30,512 bases of DNA from Chthoniobacterales bacterium (GCA_038207335.1 JBBQZX010000039.1:1-30512); one strand, 5' to 3'. Positions 17,371 to 27,389 are shown, numbered from the stretch's first letter. Program-made: numbers and translations. The notes: a model not told the origin generated them from the sequence alone.

Positions 17371-18951
17371 ATGCCCGAACCGACGATCGCCCGAGAAAAA
17401 CCCGACTTCCGTGCGCAGCTGCGCGACGTGCCGCACAAGCCCGGCGTCTATCTCATGCGCGATCGGCTGAACCGCGTGATCTACGTCGGCAAAGCGCGCG
17501 ACCTACGGAAACGCGTGAGCAATTATTTTATGCCGTCGCGCAAGATGACCGCCGACCTCAAAACGCGCGCACTGCTCGACAGCATCTGGGCTTTTGAGTT
17601 TCACACGGTCGGCAGCGAGCCCGAGGCGCTGCTGCTCGAGGGCCGGCTCATCAAGGAATTCCGCCCGCGCTACAACATCAGCTTCCGTGACGACAAACGC
17701 TTCCTGCTCGTGAAAGTGGACCCGCGCGACGAGTGGCCGCGCTTCCGGCTCACGCGGCTGAAGAACGACGAAGGCGCGCGGTATTTCGGTCCGTTCGCGC
17801 ACGCCGGCGCGCTGCGGCAGACGCTGGCTTTCATGCGGAGAAAGTTCGGCGTGCTGACTTTCGGGCGCGGCAATCCGACGCCGCGCGAGCTGAAATCCTC
17901 GACGTATCAGGTGCCGATGAAGCTCGGCGACCTCGGCCCGGAGCAATATCAAGAGCGGGTGGAAAGTGCGTGTTATTTTCTCGCGGGGCAATCGAAGGAA
18001 ATGCTCGGGCAACTCGAGGAGGAGATGAAGGCGATGGCGGCTGCACTCGACTTCGAAAAGGCTGCGGAGCTGCGCAACATGCTCGACGACTTGCGCAAAA
18101 CGACGAAGCCGATGCACCGCTACACGCGCAATTTCGGTCACCGCGTCGGTGCCGGCATCGACCCGCTCGCCGACCTCGCCGCGCTCGGCGAGGAACTGCT
18201 GCTCGCTGGCCCGCCGCGTCGGATGGAGTGCTTCGATATTTCAAACATCAGCACCACGCACATCGTGGCGAGTATGGTCTGCTTCATCGACGGTCGGCCC
18301 GCGAATCATCTGTACAGGCGGTTTCGCATCCGGACAGTCGCGGGGCAGGACGACTTCGCGAGCATGGCGGAAGTTGTTCGACGGCGTTACAGCCGCGTGC
18401 TACGTGAGGCGAAGACCGAGGTCGAAAATCGCGCACCCGGCGAGATCGATTACTCGCCTGAATTTTCACAACAGGAACCCGCCGAAGCCATGGTGCAAAC
18501 CGGCGACCGCGGCACGCTGCCGAACCTCATCATCGTCGATGGCGGAAAAGGTCAACTCGGAGCGGCTTGCCGCGAGCTGCAGCGGCTGCGGCTGCACGAG
18601 GTTCCAATCATCGGGCTCGCGAAAGAATTCGAGGAAATCTATCGACCTGCTCGCCCGCTGCCGATGCGTCTGCCGGAACAAAGCGGCGCGCTCCGACTAC
18701 TCCAGCGCATCCGCGACGAGGCTCACCGCTTCGCCAACGGATACCATCAACTCCTGATGAAACGCCGCATCGGCGAGAGCCTTCTCGATGACTGCCCCGG
18801 CGTTTCGCAGAACCGCAAGCAACTGCTCCTCCAACGCTTCGGCAGCGTCGCACGACTCAAGCGCGCCACCGCGGACAAGATTGCGGAAACCGAAGGAATC
18901 GGCCCCAAGCTGGCGGAGCAAATCGTGCAATTTCTCGCCGAGCGCGGCTGA
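17371..18951 (+). CDS. uvrC: Excinuclease ABC subunit C
   Basis: GIY-YIG domain (PGVYLM...IYVGKA..LRKRV, EALLLE..LIK..PRYN), UVR domain LDFEKAAELRN, ECFDISN, DGGKGQL, RDEAHRFA, HhH. Start at ATG 17371. Confidence 0.96.
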   Translation: MPEPTIAREKPDFRAQLRDVPHKPGVYLMRDRLNRVIYVGKARDLRKRVSNYFMPSRKMTADLKTRALLDSIWAFEFHTVGSEPEALLLEGRLIKEFRPRYNISFRDDKRFLLVKVDPRDEWPRFRLTRLKNDEGARYFGPFAHAGALRQTLAFMRRKFGVLTFGRGNPTPRELKSSTYQVPMKLGDLGPEQYQERVESACYFLAGQSKEMLGQLEEEMKAMAAALDFEKAAELRNMLDDLRKTTKPMHRYTRNFGHRVGAGIDPLADLAALGEELLLAGPPRRMECFDISNISTTHIVASMVCFIDGRPANHLYRRFRIRTVAGQDDFASMAEVVRRRYSRVLREAKTEVENRAPGEIDYSPEFSQQEPAEAMVQTGDRGTLPNLIIVDGGKGQLGAACRELQRLRLHEVPIIGLAKEFEEIYRPARPLPMRLPEQSGALRLLQRIRDEAHRFANGYHQLLMKRRIGESLLDDCPGVSQNRKQLLLQRFGSVARLKRATADKIAETEGIGPKLAEQIVQFLAERG

Positions 18952-18977
18952 GGATTGAGCGAGCCCCGGCTGGATGT

Positions 18978-19217
18978 TCAGTCGCCGTGGACTGCGCGCT
19001 GAATCAGCGACATGAGCCTTTCCCTCGCATTCGGCTCGGGCTGGCGGGGCTGCAAGCTCAAAGCGAAGGCGGCACCCAGCTTTTGGCACTCGTCGATATA
19101 TTCTTCCCCCCGGTCTCCGAATTCCTCTCGCGCCTTCTCGAACTCGCCGAGGCGCTGGTCCTCCAGCGCGTCGATGGCGTGCAGCCGGGCGCAGTTTTGA
19201 AATTCTTCAAAGCTCAT
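18978..19217 (-). CDS. Small hypothetical protein resembling an anti-sigma factor N-terminal domain, 79 aa
   Basis: MSFEEFQNCARLHAIDALE...AFALSLQPRQPEPNARERLMSLI. The pattern L..L.AL...L....P....R.RL recalls RskA-type N-termini. Fits the gap between uvrC and the next promoter. Confidence 0.65.
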   Translation of the reverse strand: MSFEEFQNCARLHAIDALEDQRLGEFEKAREEFGDRGEEYIDECQKLGAAFALSLQPRQPEPNARERLMSLIQRAVHGD

Positions 19218-19347
19218 CTTTTCGACTCGGTGGAAAGCCGCACCGACAAAAGAACGCGAGGGGCGACAGCACTCATGAAAATGGGATCGGAAATGCCCGC
19301 ACATCCGGTTGCTCCCCGATGCCACGACGCGGCTCCACATCCTTTCA

Positions 19348-19375
19348 TTGACCGACATTCGCGCCTCGCTACCGT
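19348..19375 (+). promoter_or_regulatory. Putative sigma70 promoter of the DHS-like operon
   Basis: TTGACC-16 nt-TACCGT, 11 nt upstream of ATG 19387. Confidence 0.5.
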
Positions 19376-19386
19376 CCCCGCCTTCG

Positions 19387-20559
19387 ATGGGTTCGCTCAA
19401 TAAAAAATTCCCCCGCCTCCTTCCGACGGCGATCACTAAAAACCTGCGCGTCACAGATCTCGTGGATGGCGCGTTCAAGGCATACAATGGCGGCCGACTG
19501 GCCGAGGCATGCCGCCTGTTCACCGAGAAGATGATCGCCGGCGAGGGCACCGTCGGCATGTCGCTGACCGGCGCGCTGACTCCCGCTGGGCTCGGAATTT
19601 CCGCGATCATTCCGCTGATGAAAGCCGGCTTCGTGGATTGGATCATCTCGACCGGCGCGAATCTCTACCACGACCTGCACTACGGCCTCGGCATGGAGCT
19701 CTACGCCGGCTCCCCGTCGCTCGATGACGTCGAGCTTCGCCGTGACGGCATCATTCGCATTTACGATGTGCTCTTTGAATATGACGTACTGCTCGATACC
19801 GACGCGTTCGTGCGGCAGGTGATTCAGGGACCGGAATTTCAGAGAACGATGGGCTCCGATGAATTCCATTACCTGCTCGGGCTCTACGTCGCAGAGCGGG
19901 AGAAAAAGCTGGGGATCAAGGAAACAAGCGTGCTCAGCGCCGGTTACCGCTACGGCGTGCCAATCTTCACGAGTTCACCGGGCGACAGCTCGATCGGTAT
20001 GAATGTTGCCGCGATGGCGCTGCGGGATTCCAAACTTTTGATCGACGTGAACCGCGACGTGAACCAGACCGCCGCCGTCGTTTATGCGGCAAAATCGGGT
20101 GGCGCGACCTCCAGCGTTTTCATCCTCGGCGGCGGCTCGCCGAAAAATTTCATGCTCCAAACGGAGCCGCAAATCCAAGAGGTGATGGGCATCGAGGAGC
20201 GCGGGCACGACTACTTCTTGCAATGCACCGACGCGCGTCCCGACACGGGCGGGCTCAGCGGCGCGACGCCCGGCGAGGCGGTGAGCTGGGGGAAAATCGA
20301 CCCGTCGAATCTGCCCGACTGCGTGGTCTGTTACGCCGACTCCACGATCACGCTGCCGATCATCACCGCGTATGCCCTGAGCAAGGCTGCGCCGCGAAAA
20401 CCAAAGCGCCTCTACGACCGCCGCGACGAGCAATACGCCGCGCTGCGGGCGCAATATTTCAAGCACGGAAAAGTCGAGAAAATCGAACATCGCACTGACG
20501 TCACGAGGCCGAAGAAAGGCCGTTCAGGCCGCTCGGTCGCCGCGACGAAACGCGCATGA
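19387..20559 (+). CDS. Deoxyhypusine synthase-like protein (probable homospermidine synthesis, SpeY-like)
   Basis: [68 protein letters not shown]. Confidence 0.92.
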   Translation: MGSLNKKFPRLLPTAITKNLRVTDLVDGAFKAYNGGRLAEACRLFTEKMIAGEGTVGMSLTGALTPAGLGISAIIPLMKAGFVDWIISTGANLYHDLHYGLGMELYAGSPSLDDVELRRDGIIRIYDVLFEYDVLLDTDAFVRQVIQGPEFQRTMGSDEFHYLLGLYVAEREKKLGIKETSVLSAGYRYGVPIFTSSPGDSSIGMNVAAMALRDSKLLIDVNRDVNQTAAVVYAAKSGGATSSVFILGGGSPKNFMLQTEPQIQEVMGIEERGHDYFLQCTDARPDTGGLSGATPGEAVSWGKIDPSNLPDCVVCYADSTITLPIITAYALSKAAPRKPKRLYDRRDEQYAALRAQYFKHGKVEKIEHRTDVTRPKKGRSGRSVAATKRA

Positions 20560-21137
20560 ATCGCCGACCCGACGCACGCACGCTGCTCTTCGAGCGCATC
20601 CGCACTTCGGCGCCGAAGTTCGTCCACGTCACAGGCGTCCCGTATGCCGTCGCGCTGGAAATAGCCGAAGACCCGACGCGCATCGACCATGTCCTGATGA
20701 CGTTCGAAGCGCCGCCATTCGGACGCCTCATCGCGGCGGTGAACACGACCTCGCGGCTCAATCGCGATGCCGGTTTCGACGCCCGCGTGCGGCTCGCGAT
20801 CGTCCGCTCAACATGGACGGAAAAGCCGATGCCCGGCCTCGAAGAATGCGCGGGCCTCGACTACGCAAAGCTCACGAAAGGCGCGGATGTCGTGTGGGAG
20901 CACTTGGAGCGCGACACGCTCTCCGAGCTGCTCATCGCGAAAGCAAAGATCGCCGTACGCGTAGAGGTCTGGGGCGAACTTTACGGCCGCAGCGCGATCG
21001 GCGTGCATCAAATCCACAGCCGACGCGCGAGCACCGCTGTCGCGACCGATGTGAAAAATCGCGACGGCGCGCTGAAGTTTTATTTCGCCGAGGAAAACGC
21101 CGCCGAGCTGTTGCTCTTCAAATTCGACGGGCAGTAA
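20556..21137 (+). CDS. Hypothetical protein, possible remote DUF2278/YukJ homologue
   Basis: ATGA overlap with the DHS-like gene. Motifs H...AVNTTS, GLDY, VWGELY....[17 protein letters not shown]. The ORF is well supported; the family is tentative. Confidence 0.75.
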   Translation: MNRRPDARTLLFERIRTSAPKFVHVTGVPYAVALEIAEDPTRIDHVLMTFEAPPFGRLIAAVNTTSRLNRDAGFDARVRLAIVRSTWTEKPMPGLEECAGLDYAKLTKGADVVWEHLERDTLSELLIAKAKIAVRVEVWGELYGRSAIGVHQIHSRRASTAVATDVKNRDGALKFYFAEENAAELLLFKFDGQ

Positions 21138-21143
21138 TTTCAG

Positions 21144-22121
21144 ATGGTCGAGTGCCGCGAGCTGACGAAGGTTTTTCGCACTTATAAAAAAGCGCCGGGC
21201 CTGTGGGGCGCGGTGAAGGGGCTCGGGCGGCGTGAATACGAGGAGGTGCGCGCGGCAGATGGCATCAGCTTTTCGATCGGCGAGGGCGAACTCGTCGGCT
21301 TCCTCGGTCCGAACGGTGCAGGCAAGACGACCGTGCTGAAAATGCTCTCCGGCCTGCTCAATCCGACGGGTGGCTCGGCACGTGTACTCGGCTTCGTCCC
21401 ATGGGAGCGGCGGGATGAAATGAAGCGGCAATTTTCACTCCTAATGGGCCAAAAAAACGCGCTCTGGTGGGACCTGCCCGCGCGCGAATCGCTCGAGCTC
21501 AACCGTGCGATCTACGGAATCGAAAAAGCGAGTTTCAAGCGCATCGTCGGCGAGCTCACCGAATTGCTCGATGTCGGATCGAAACTCGACACGATGGTGC
21601 GAGAACTTTCGCTCGGGGAGAGGATGAAGATGGAACTCATCGCCGCGCTCCTGCACTCACCGCGCGTGCTTTTTCTCGATGAACCGACGATCGGGCTCGA
21701 CGTGACGAGCCAGAAAAAAGTCCGAGAATTCCTCCGCCTCTACAACGCCGAGCATCGCATCGTGACCATGCTCACGAGCCACTACATGCAGGACATCGAG
21801 GAGCTATGCGCGCGCGTCATTATCATCGACCAGGGACGCATTTTTTTCGACGGCCCGCTCGCGTCCGTGATCGATCGTTTCGCCACGCACAAGGTCGTCG
21901 GGCTCACGCTGGAGAGCGGCTCGACGTGCGATTTCAGCGCATTCGGGGAGGTGCTCGAGCAGACCGCGCAGACCGTGCGAATCAAGGTCCCACGGGCGCG
22001 CGTGACCGAGACATGCCGGGCCGTGCTCGGCAGTTGCAAAGTCAGCGACATCAGCGTCACCGAGCCGCCGGTGGAAGATATCATCCGCCAGCTATTTCAC
22101 GAAAAGCGCGCGGAAAGCTAA
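21144..22121 (+). CDS. ABC transporter ATP-binding protein (ABC-2 type)
   Basis: Walker A GPNGAGKTT, signature LSLGERM, Walker B LFLDEPTIGLD, TSHYM. Confidence 0.95.
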   Translation: MVECRELTKVFRTYKKAPGLWGAVKGLGRREYEEVRAADGISFSIGEGELVGFLGPNGAGKTTVLKMLSGLLNPTGGSARVLGFVPWERRDEMKRQFSLLMGQKNALWWDLPARESLELNRAIYGIEKASFKRIVGELTELLDVGSKLDTMVRELSLGERMKMELIAALLHSPRVLFLDEPTIGLDVTSQKKVREFLRLYNAEHRIVTMLTSHYMQDIEELCARVIIIDQGRIFFDGPLASVIDRFATHKVVGLTLESGSTCDFSAFGEVLEQTAQTVRIKVPRARVTETCRAVLGSCKVSDISVTEPPVEDIIRQLFHEKRAES

Positions 22122-22381
22122 CGCCGGATCGCCGCGCGGAGATCGAACGCGTAGGACGGATTCACGTCGAAAATCGACTCGTGAAATGTCTCCAGCGATG
22201 TGCTCTCCGCATACGGCACGACCTCCGCGTAGCCGACGCCGATGAGAGCGTTCAGCACATCCACGAGGTCTTCCGCCTCGATATTCGTGCGGGTCATCAA
22301 GTCCACGCCGGACGTGCCGGTCGAGAAATCGATCGCCCGTAGAACGGTGCGTTCGCGTCCGCTGAGTTTGATTTCTTTCAT
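22118..22381 (-). CDS. Small hypothetical protein, possibly winged-helix, 87 aa
   Basis: ATG 22381: MKEIKLSGRERTVLRAID...DLVDVLNALIGVGY...DVNPSY, a helix-helix-helix-wing like pattern. Confidence 0.7.
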   Translation of the reverse strand: MKEIKLSGRERTVLRAIDFSTGTSGVDLMTRTNIEAEDLVDVLNALIGVGYAEVVPYAESTSLETFHESIFDVNPSYAFDLRAAIRR

Positions 22382-22466
22382 GCGAGGGGCGGATCGAAAT
22401 ATCGCAGGAAGCAAACGCGCGAGCAACTAGCGCTTGCCGATGCGGGAGATAGACGTAGCAGTAATT

Positions 22467-22853
22467 ATGAGCACGATGAGACCCGCATCCGCCAAGATCA
22501 TCCAGCACTCCGAGGGAATGGGATTGCCCGCTGCCGCGGATGTCCGAAAGCGCGCGGAGGAACTCGCGAGAATCGACGGACGCAGCGAATACAACGACGG
22601 CGATTGGCACGATGCGAAACGCGAGTTGCACGGCGGCCACGAGAGCAACTCGAACAATGGCCACGCCGAGATTTCAGTGCTCGTCTCCGAGCACGACATG
22701 ACCCAGAGCGACATCGGCCACCATGTGGAAAATATGCTCCCCGAGGACAACGAAAACATGGTCGAGGAACTAATCGCGGAGGGGATGGACGAGGCCACGC
22801 ACGAGCAGATGCTCGCCGCACGAGGCGAAGAGCCGGTGGACGACGAGGAGTAA
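22467..22853 (+). CDS. Acidic hypothetical protein with DUF2934-like motif
   Basis: VRKRAEELARIDGR......DWHDAKREL resembles the DUF2934 pattern IR.RA..I....GR......W..A..EL. Start at 22467 or 22476. Confidence 0.7.
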   Translation: MSTMRPASAKIIQHSEGMGLPAAADVRKRAEELARIDGRSEYNDGDWHDAKRELHGGHESNSNNGHAEISVLVSEHDMTQSDIGHHVENMLPEDNENMVEELIAEGMDEATHEQMLAARGEEPVDDEE

Positions 22854-22955
22854 ACCGCGTTTGCAGAGTCCCAGCGGAAGGCATCCGCAACGACGGAGCG
22901 CTTGCGTCGCGCCGTGATTGAACCGCGCCACCACCGCGTCCAGACTCCGCCCGCC

Positions 22956-23978
22956 GTGCCCGACACCACTTCACCGCAAAAGATCGCCGCTGCACCAGAC
23001 ACGCCGTTCGACATCTCGCTGCGGCCTCCGATGTTCAGCGAATTCGCTGGGCAGGAAAAAGTCTGCCAGCGGCTCGAACTCATTGTGCAGGCGGCGCAGC
23101 AGCGTGGCGACGTGCTCGACCACATTCTACTCAGCGGTCCGCCCGGCTTGGGCAAAACGACGCTCGCTTACATCCTCGCAAATGCGATGGGCGTGAACAT
23201 CAAAAACACCAGCGGACCGACCATCGAAAAAGCGGGCGACCTCGCGGGGCTTCTCACCACACTAGAGCGCGGGGACCTCCTTTTCATCGATGAGATCCAC
23301 CGACTCCAGCCCGCGATCGAGGAATACCTCTACCCCGCGATGGAAGACTACAAACTCGACATCATCATCGACCAGGGGCCCAACGCTCGAAGCGTGCGGC
23401 TCAGCCTTCCGAAGTTCACGCTCGTCGGCGCGACCACGCGCGCGGGCATGATCAGCGCGCCGCTCCGCTCGCGTTTTGGAATGAATGCGCGCCTCGATTA
23501 TTACACCGCCGAAGAGCTGCAAAAAATCCTCATCCGAAGCGCGGGGCTCATCTCCGTCTCAGTGGAAAGTGACGGCGCCCTCGAGATCGCCGCGCGTTCC
23601 CGGGGCACGCCGCGGGTCGCGAATAATCTGCTGCGATGGGTGCGCGACTACGCGCAAGTCCGCGCGGGAAATCACGTCACGCGAGACGTCGCCGATGCCG
23701 CGCTTGCGATGCTCGACATCGACGCGGACGGCTTCGACGAAATGGACAAGCGCATCCTCGAAGCGCTGGTCCACAAATTCGACGGTGGCCCCGTCGGGCT
23801 GAACTCGCTCGCCGTCGCGATCGGTGAAGACGCCGGCACACTCGAGGATGTGAACGAGCCGTACCTCATCATGCAGGGTTATTTGAAACGCACTCCGCAA
23901 GGCCGAGTCGCGATGCCCGCGACATACAGAAAGCTCGGAATCGCCTTGCCGAAGCGGGGTGGCGAGCTGTTTGGCTGA
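22956..23978 (+). CDS. ruvB: Holliday junction branch migration helicase RuvB
   Basis: SLRP...[51 protein letters not shown]. The start (GTG 22956) is approximate. Confidence 0.97.
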   Translation: MPDTTSPQKIAAAPDTPFDISLRPPMFSEFAGQEKVCQRLELIVQAAQQRGDVLDHILLSGPPGLGKTTLAYILANAMGVNIKNTSGPTIEKAGDLAGLLTTLERGDLLFIDEIHRLQPAIEEYLYPAMEDYKLDIIIDQGPNARSVRLSLPKFTLVGATTRAGMISAPLRSRFGMNARLDYYTAEELQKILIRSAGLISVSVESDGALEIAARSRGTPRVANNLLRWVRDYAQVRAGNHVTRDVADAALAMLDIDADGFDEMDKRILEALVHKFDGGPVGLNSLAVAIGEDAGTLEDVNEPYLIMQGYLKRTPQGRVAMPATYRKLGIALPKRGGELFG

Positions 23979-24035
23979 GGAGCGGAGGCTGTTGACTGGT
24001 GACTGCCGGGTGCTCGTCCTCGAAGGCGAACCCCC

Positions 24036-24878
24036 TCACCCCGCGAACTGCGGATGCGCCACCAGCGCTTGCCAGTCGTCCGGCGCGATCTCAGCCGACT
24101 CCGCGCCAATCCGCAGCGGTGCGCCATTCGTGGAAAATCGCACGCGTTCCAGCCACCCGCGCTCCAGCGGCGCGGTGAGCAGCGCAGGATCGTTCGTTGC
24201 CACAGTCGTCTCCCCTTTTTCCCCGACGCCCTCGCCGCGACCGACGGAAAATCCCGCGAGTAGCAGCGTCACGCGCACCGCGGTGGACATCGTGTAATTC
24301 GTCAGCAGACACGGCACATCGGCCGCGAGACGCGCGCGGACATTTCGAAAATGCTCCAGCGTCCACATTCCCGGATTCGTTTTCGCGGAATACGGATCGT
24401 ATAAAATCGCATCCGGCGGAGGCAGCGCGGTGGTGCGGATGAATTCTCGGAAATCGCCGCGATGCAGCCTCCACGCGACATCCGCAAGCGACTCGCCGGT
24501 CGCGAGAAGACTTTCAATCGCCGCGCGATGCGGGGCAAGGTAGCCAAGTTCGTCCGCGTGGTGCAGCGCGAAATCCAGTGGCTCCGTCGTCTCATCGAAG
24601 CTGTGCAATTCAATCCGCGCCGCGCCGTGCCAGCCCGCGAATGCCTCCAGCGCCGCAACCGCATTCGCCGCCGCACCGAGCCCGACATCCCACACCACGA
24701 ACCCTTCACGCGCAGCCGCCGCGCGCTCGACTAGACGCTGCTGCGCGACATGCAGCGTGCGCGCCTCCGCCATCGGCCCGATGACCGGATGAAATGTCTC
24801 GCCCGACGCCATGCAACGCAGGCTGCGCACCCCGCTTTTCAAAACGATGATCTCAAATGCGGGCGGAGCTGAATTCAT
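24036..24878 (-). CDS. Stand-alone MnmC-type (MnmD-like) SAM methyltransferase
   Basis: GETFHP..G...EA, WDVGLGAAAN, ILYDPYSAKTNPGMWT, NYT.S..VR..LLLAGF.V. Confidence 0.82.
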   Translation of the reverse strand: MNSAPPAFEIIVLKSGVRSLRCMASGETFHPVIGPMAEARTLHVAQQRLVERAAAAREGFVVWDVGLGAAANAVAALEAFAGWHGAARIELHSFDETTEPLDFALHHADELGYLAPHRAAIESLLATGESLADVAWRLHRGDFREFIRTTALPPPDAILYDPYSAKTNPGMWTLEHFRNVRARLAADVPCLLTNYTMSTAVRVTLLLAGFSVGRGEGVGEKGETTVATNDPALLTAPLERGWLERVRFSTNGAPLRIGAESAEIAPDDWQALVAHPQFAG

Positions 24879-24920
24879 CCGCGGACGTTATCCGCGCGGC
24901 GGTTCATCCGGCAATCGATG

Positions 24921-24929
24921 TGCTATTCT
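24921..24929 (+). promoter_or_regulatory. Putative extended -10 promoter (TGcTATTCT)
   Basis: Lies in an AT-rich divergent intergenic patch, 14 nt upstream of GTG 24944. Confidence 0.45.
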
Positions 24930-24943
24930 TTCCAAATCTTCGC

Positions 24944-25570
24944 GTGAAAAACATTGGCTCACAAATACTCAACCTGCCGCCCGCAGCGCCCGTGATGGTG
25001 CTACCGAACGCGACGCTGTTTCCAAAGACTCTGCTGCCGCTGCGCCTCTTCGAGCCGCGCTATCTCACGATGCTCGACTGGGCGCTGGAACGCGAGCGCA
25101 TGTTCTGCGTCGCGCTCATGCGGCCCGGCGTGACCGAGGCCGCGTCGCCCGCAGACATGCACGAAATTGCCGGCCTCGGGCTCATTCGCGCGTGTGTGGC
25201 CGGCGAGGACGGCACGTTCAATCTCGTGCTCCAAGGCCTCGCGCGAGTAAGGCTCACGGCGTTCGTGCAAGACACGCCGTTTCGCATCGCCGAATTGCAC
25301 GAGCAACGTTCGGCGAGTGCCGATTCCGTCGAGGCGAGCGCGCTTTCCGCGGCGCTGCTTCAGGTCTGCGGAGAGCTGCGCGAGCGCGGCTTCAACGTCC
25401 CGGTCGGCTTCGACGAGCAGCTCGCGAAAGTGTCCGACCCCGAGCTCGTCGGCGATGTCGTGGCGCACACATTTGTCAGCGATCCGCAGCGGCGGCAGGA
25501 GCTGCTCGCGTTGCTTGACGTGCCGGCGCGACTCCGGCGCGTGATCCGCATCCTGAACGAAAATCTGTAG
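24944..25570 (+). CDS. LON peptidase substrate-binding (N-domain) protein
   Basis: LFP...LPLRLFEPRYLTML, DGTFNLVLQGLARV, RQELL......RL; no AAA+ or protease domain. Start approximate. Confidence 0.9.
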   Translation: MKNIGSQILNLPPAAPVMVLPNATLFPKTLLPLRLFEPRYLTMLDWALERERMFCVALMRPGVTEAASPADMHEIAGLGLIRACVAGEDGTFNLVLQGLARVRLTAFVQDTPFRIAELHEQRSASADSVEASALSAALLQVCGELRERGFNVPVGFDEQLAKVSDPELVGDVVAHTFVSDPQRRQELLALLDVPARLRRVIRILNENL

Positions 25571-25578
25571 TCGGGAGC

Positions 25579-26442
25579 CTACAGAAACCGCTCCAGAATC
25601 GGGCGCAGCCGCGCGGTCGTTTCCGCCGGCCAGAGCGAGCGATCCGTCACCAGCGCGCCGTCGAGCGCGCTGTGCTCCGGCCAATCCGGCGCAAGCGGAA
25701 TCCGCGGAATGACATGTGCGAGCAGCCGCTTCGCGGTGCCCGCATTCGCCAAAAGGTGGCTGATCACGGCGTCCGCGCTGACCGGCTTTTCCTCGATCTT
25801 CCAGCAGTCGTAATCGGTGATCATCGCGATCGTCGCGCACGCGATCTCGGCCTCGCGCGCGAGCTTTGCTTCGCCGAGATTCGTCATGCCGATCACGTCA
25901 AAGCCGAGCTTGCGATTCGTCTCGCTCTCAGCCCGCGTGGAAAATGCGGGGCCGTCCATGTTCACGTATGTCCCTCCGTTGTGGACGGGCAAATTCAGCT
26001 CCATGCACGCCTGATGCACCAGCGCGCGTAACGGCGTGCTGATCGGCTCTGCGAACGAAATGTGTGCGTTGATTCCGCCACCGAAAAACGTGTGCTCGCT
26101 GCGCCGACTCGTGCGGTCGAAAAACTGCGACGGCAGCACGATGTCCCTCGGAGCATATTGTTCCTGCAGGCTGCCGACCGCGGTGACACAGAGAATCCAG
26201 CGCACGCCGAGGGTGCGCAGTGCAAAGATATTCGCGCGGTGATTCAGCTCGTGCGGCATGATGCGATGCCCGCGCGCATGCCGCGGCATAAAAAAGACCT
26301 GCCGGCCCGCGAGTTTGCCGCCGAAAATCACATCCGATGGCGGCCCGAACGGCGTGTCGATCTCGTGCTCGGTCGGGTCGCTGAGTCCGTCCAGTTGGTA
26401 AAGTCCACTGCCGCCGATGATGCCGATCGCTGGTGCTGACAT
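25579..26442 (-). CDS. mtnP: S-methyl-5'-thioadenosine phosphorylase
   Basis: IGIIGGSGLY, TPFGPPSD, PRHARGH, NHRANI, AVGSL, GPAFSTRAES, IGMT, ITDYDCW. Confidence 0.95.
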   Translation of the reverse strand: MSAPAIGIIGGSGLYQLDGLSDPTEHEIDTPFGPPSDVIFGGKLAGRQVFFMPRHARGHRIMPHELNHRANIFALRTLGVRWILCVTAVGSLQEQYAPRDIVLPSQFFDRTSRRSEHTFFGGGINAHISFAEPISTPLRALVHQACMELNLPVHNGGTYVNMDGPAFSTRAESETNRKLGFDVIGMTNLGEAKLAREAEIACATIAMITDYDCWKIEEKPVSADAVISHLLANAGTAKRLLAHVIPRIPLAPDWPEHSALDGALVTDRSLWPAETTARLRPILERFL

Positions 26443-26502
26443 AAGGCGGCTGAATTAGCGCGGCCCGTGCGCGAAACGCGAGGGTGATTTTCGGCAAAAA
26501 AC

Positions 26503-27378
26503 CTACCCCACCAACGCCCCAACGAATTCCTTCTGCGCCGGCGACCGCTGCCGATTCCGTTTCGTGATCACCCCCAGCGGCCTGCTGAGCTTTTCACCCG
26601 TCAGCGGAATCGCCGCCAGGATGCCGCTCTCCACCTCCTGCCGCACCGTGTTCGACGGCACGAGCGAGATGCCGCTCTCGATTTCCACCGCCCGTTTCAC
26701 CGTCTCGATGTTGTCGAATTCCATCGTGTGCACGATCTCCACACCATGATCTCGGAAGTGCCGGTCAATCACCTTCCGAGTCGGCAGATCGGGTTCGAAC
26801 GCGATGAACTTCTCCCCGTCGAGCTGCGCCAGCGCCACCTCTTTCCGCCGTGCCAGCGCGTGGTTCGGATGGCAGATCACGACCATCTCGTCCTCGTCGA
26901 AAATGTCGATTTGCAGTCCCTGCCGCTTCGCCGGATACGCCACGAGCCCGAGATCTACGTCGCCGTTCATGACCTGCGTATAGACCTGCGTCGAGCGCCG
27001 GTATTCCACATGCACCTCCACGTCGGGATGCGTCTTGCGGAAAAGCTGCAGCCGCGGCGGCAGTTCGTGCAGCCCAATGCTATAGATCGACGCGATCCGC
27101 AACTCGCCCGCCACCACATTCCGCAGCTCATGCAGCCGGTCGCCGAGGTCGTTATAGACTCCGAGGATTTCGCGACTCGCGCTGAGAAAAGCCGCGCCCT
27201 CCGGCGTGAGCGAAAAATTGCGCCGACCGCGCTCTACGAGCGTCACCTCGAAGCGCTTTTCCAGCGCGCGAATTTGCTGGCTGACGGCACTCTGGGTGAT
27301 CGAGTTCAACACCGCCGCCTTGGAAAAACTGCCCGTCTCCGCCAAATCGCAAAACACTTTGAAAGTCTCGATATACAT
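26503..27378 (-). CDS. LysR family transcriptional regulator (CysL/CmpR-like)
   Basis: GSFSKAA...ITQSAVSQQIRALE HTH; DNIETVKRAVEIESGISLVP substrate-binding domain. Confidence 0.95.
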   Translation of the reverse strand: MYIETFKVFCDLAETGSFSKAAVLNSITQSAVSQQIRALEKRFEVTLVERGRRNFSLTPEGAAFLSASREILGVYNDLGDRLHELRNVVAGELRIASIYSIGLHELPPRLQLFRKTHPDVEVHVEYRRSTQVYTQVMNGDVDLGLVAYPAKRQGLQIDIFDEDEMVVICHPNHALARRKEVALAQLDGEKFIAFEPDLPTRKVIDRHFRDHGVEIVHTMEFDNIETVKRAVEIESGISLVPSNTVRQEVESGILAAIPLTGEKLSRPLGVITKRNRQRSPAQKEFVGALVG

Positions 27379-27389
27379 GATCTTCGCGG

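Noticed and set aside
17098..17436. Apparent long head-to-head overlap of exbB and uvrC
   Set aside because: Results from over-extended starts; homology and promoter position support 17250 and 17371.
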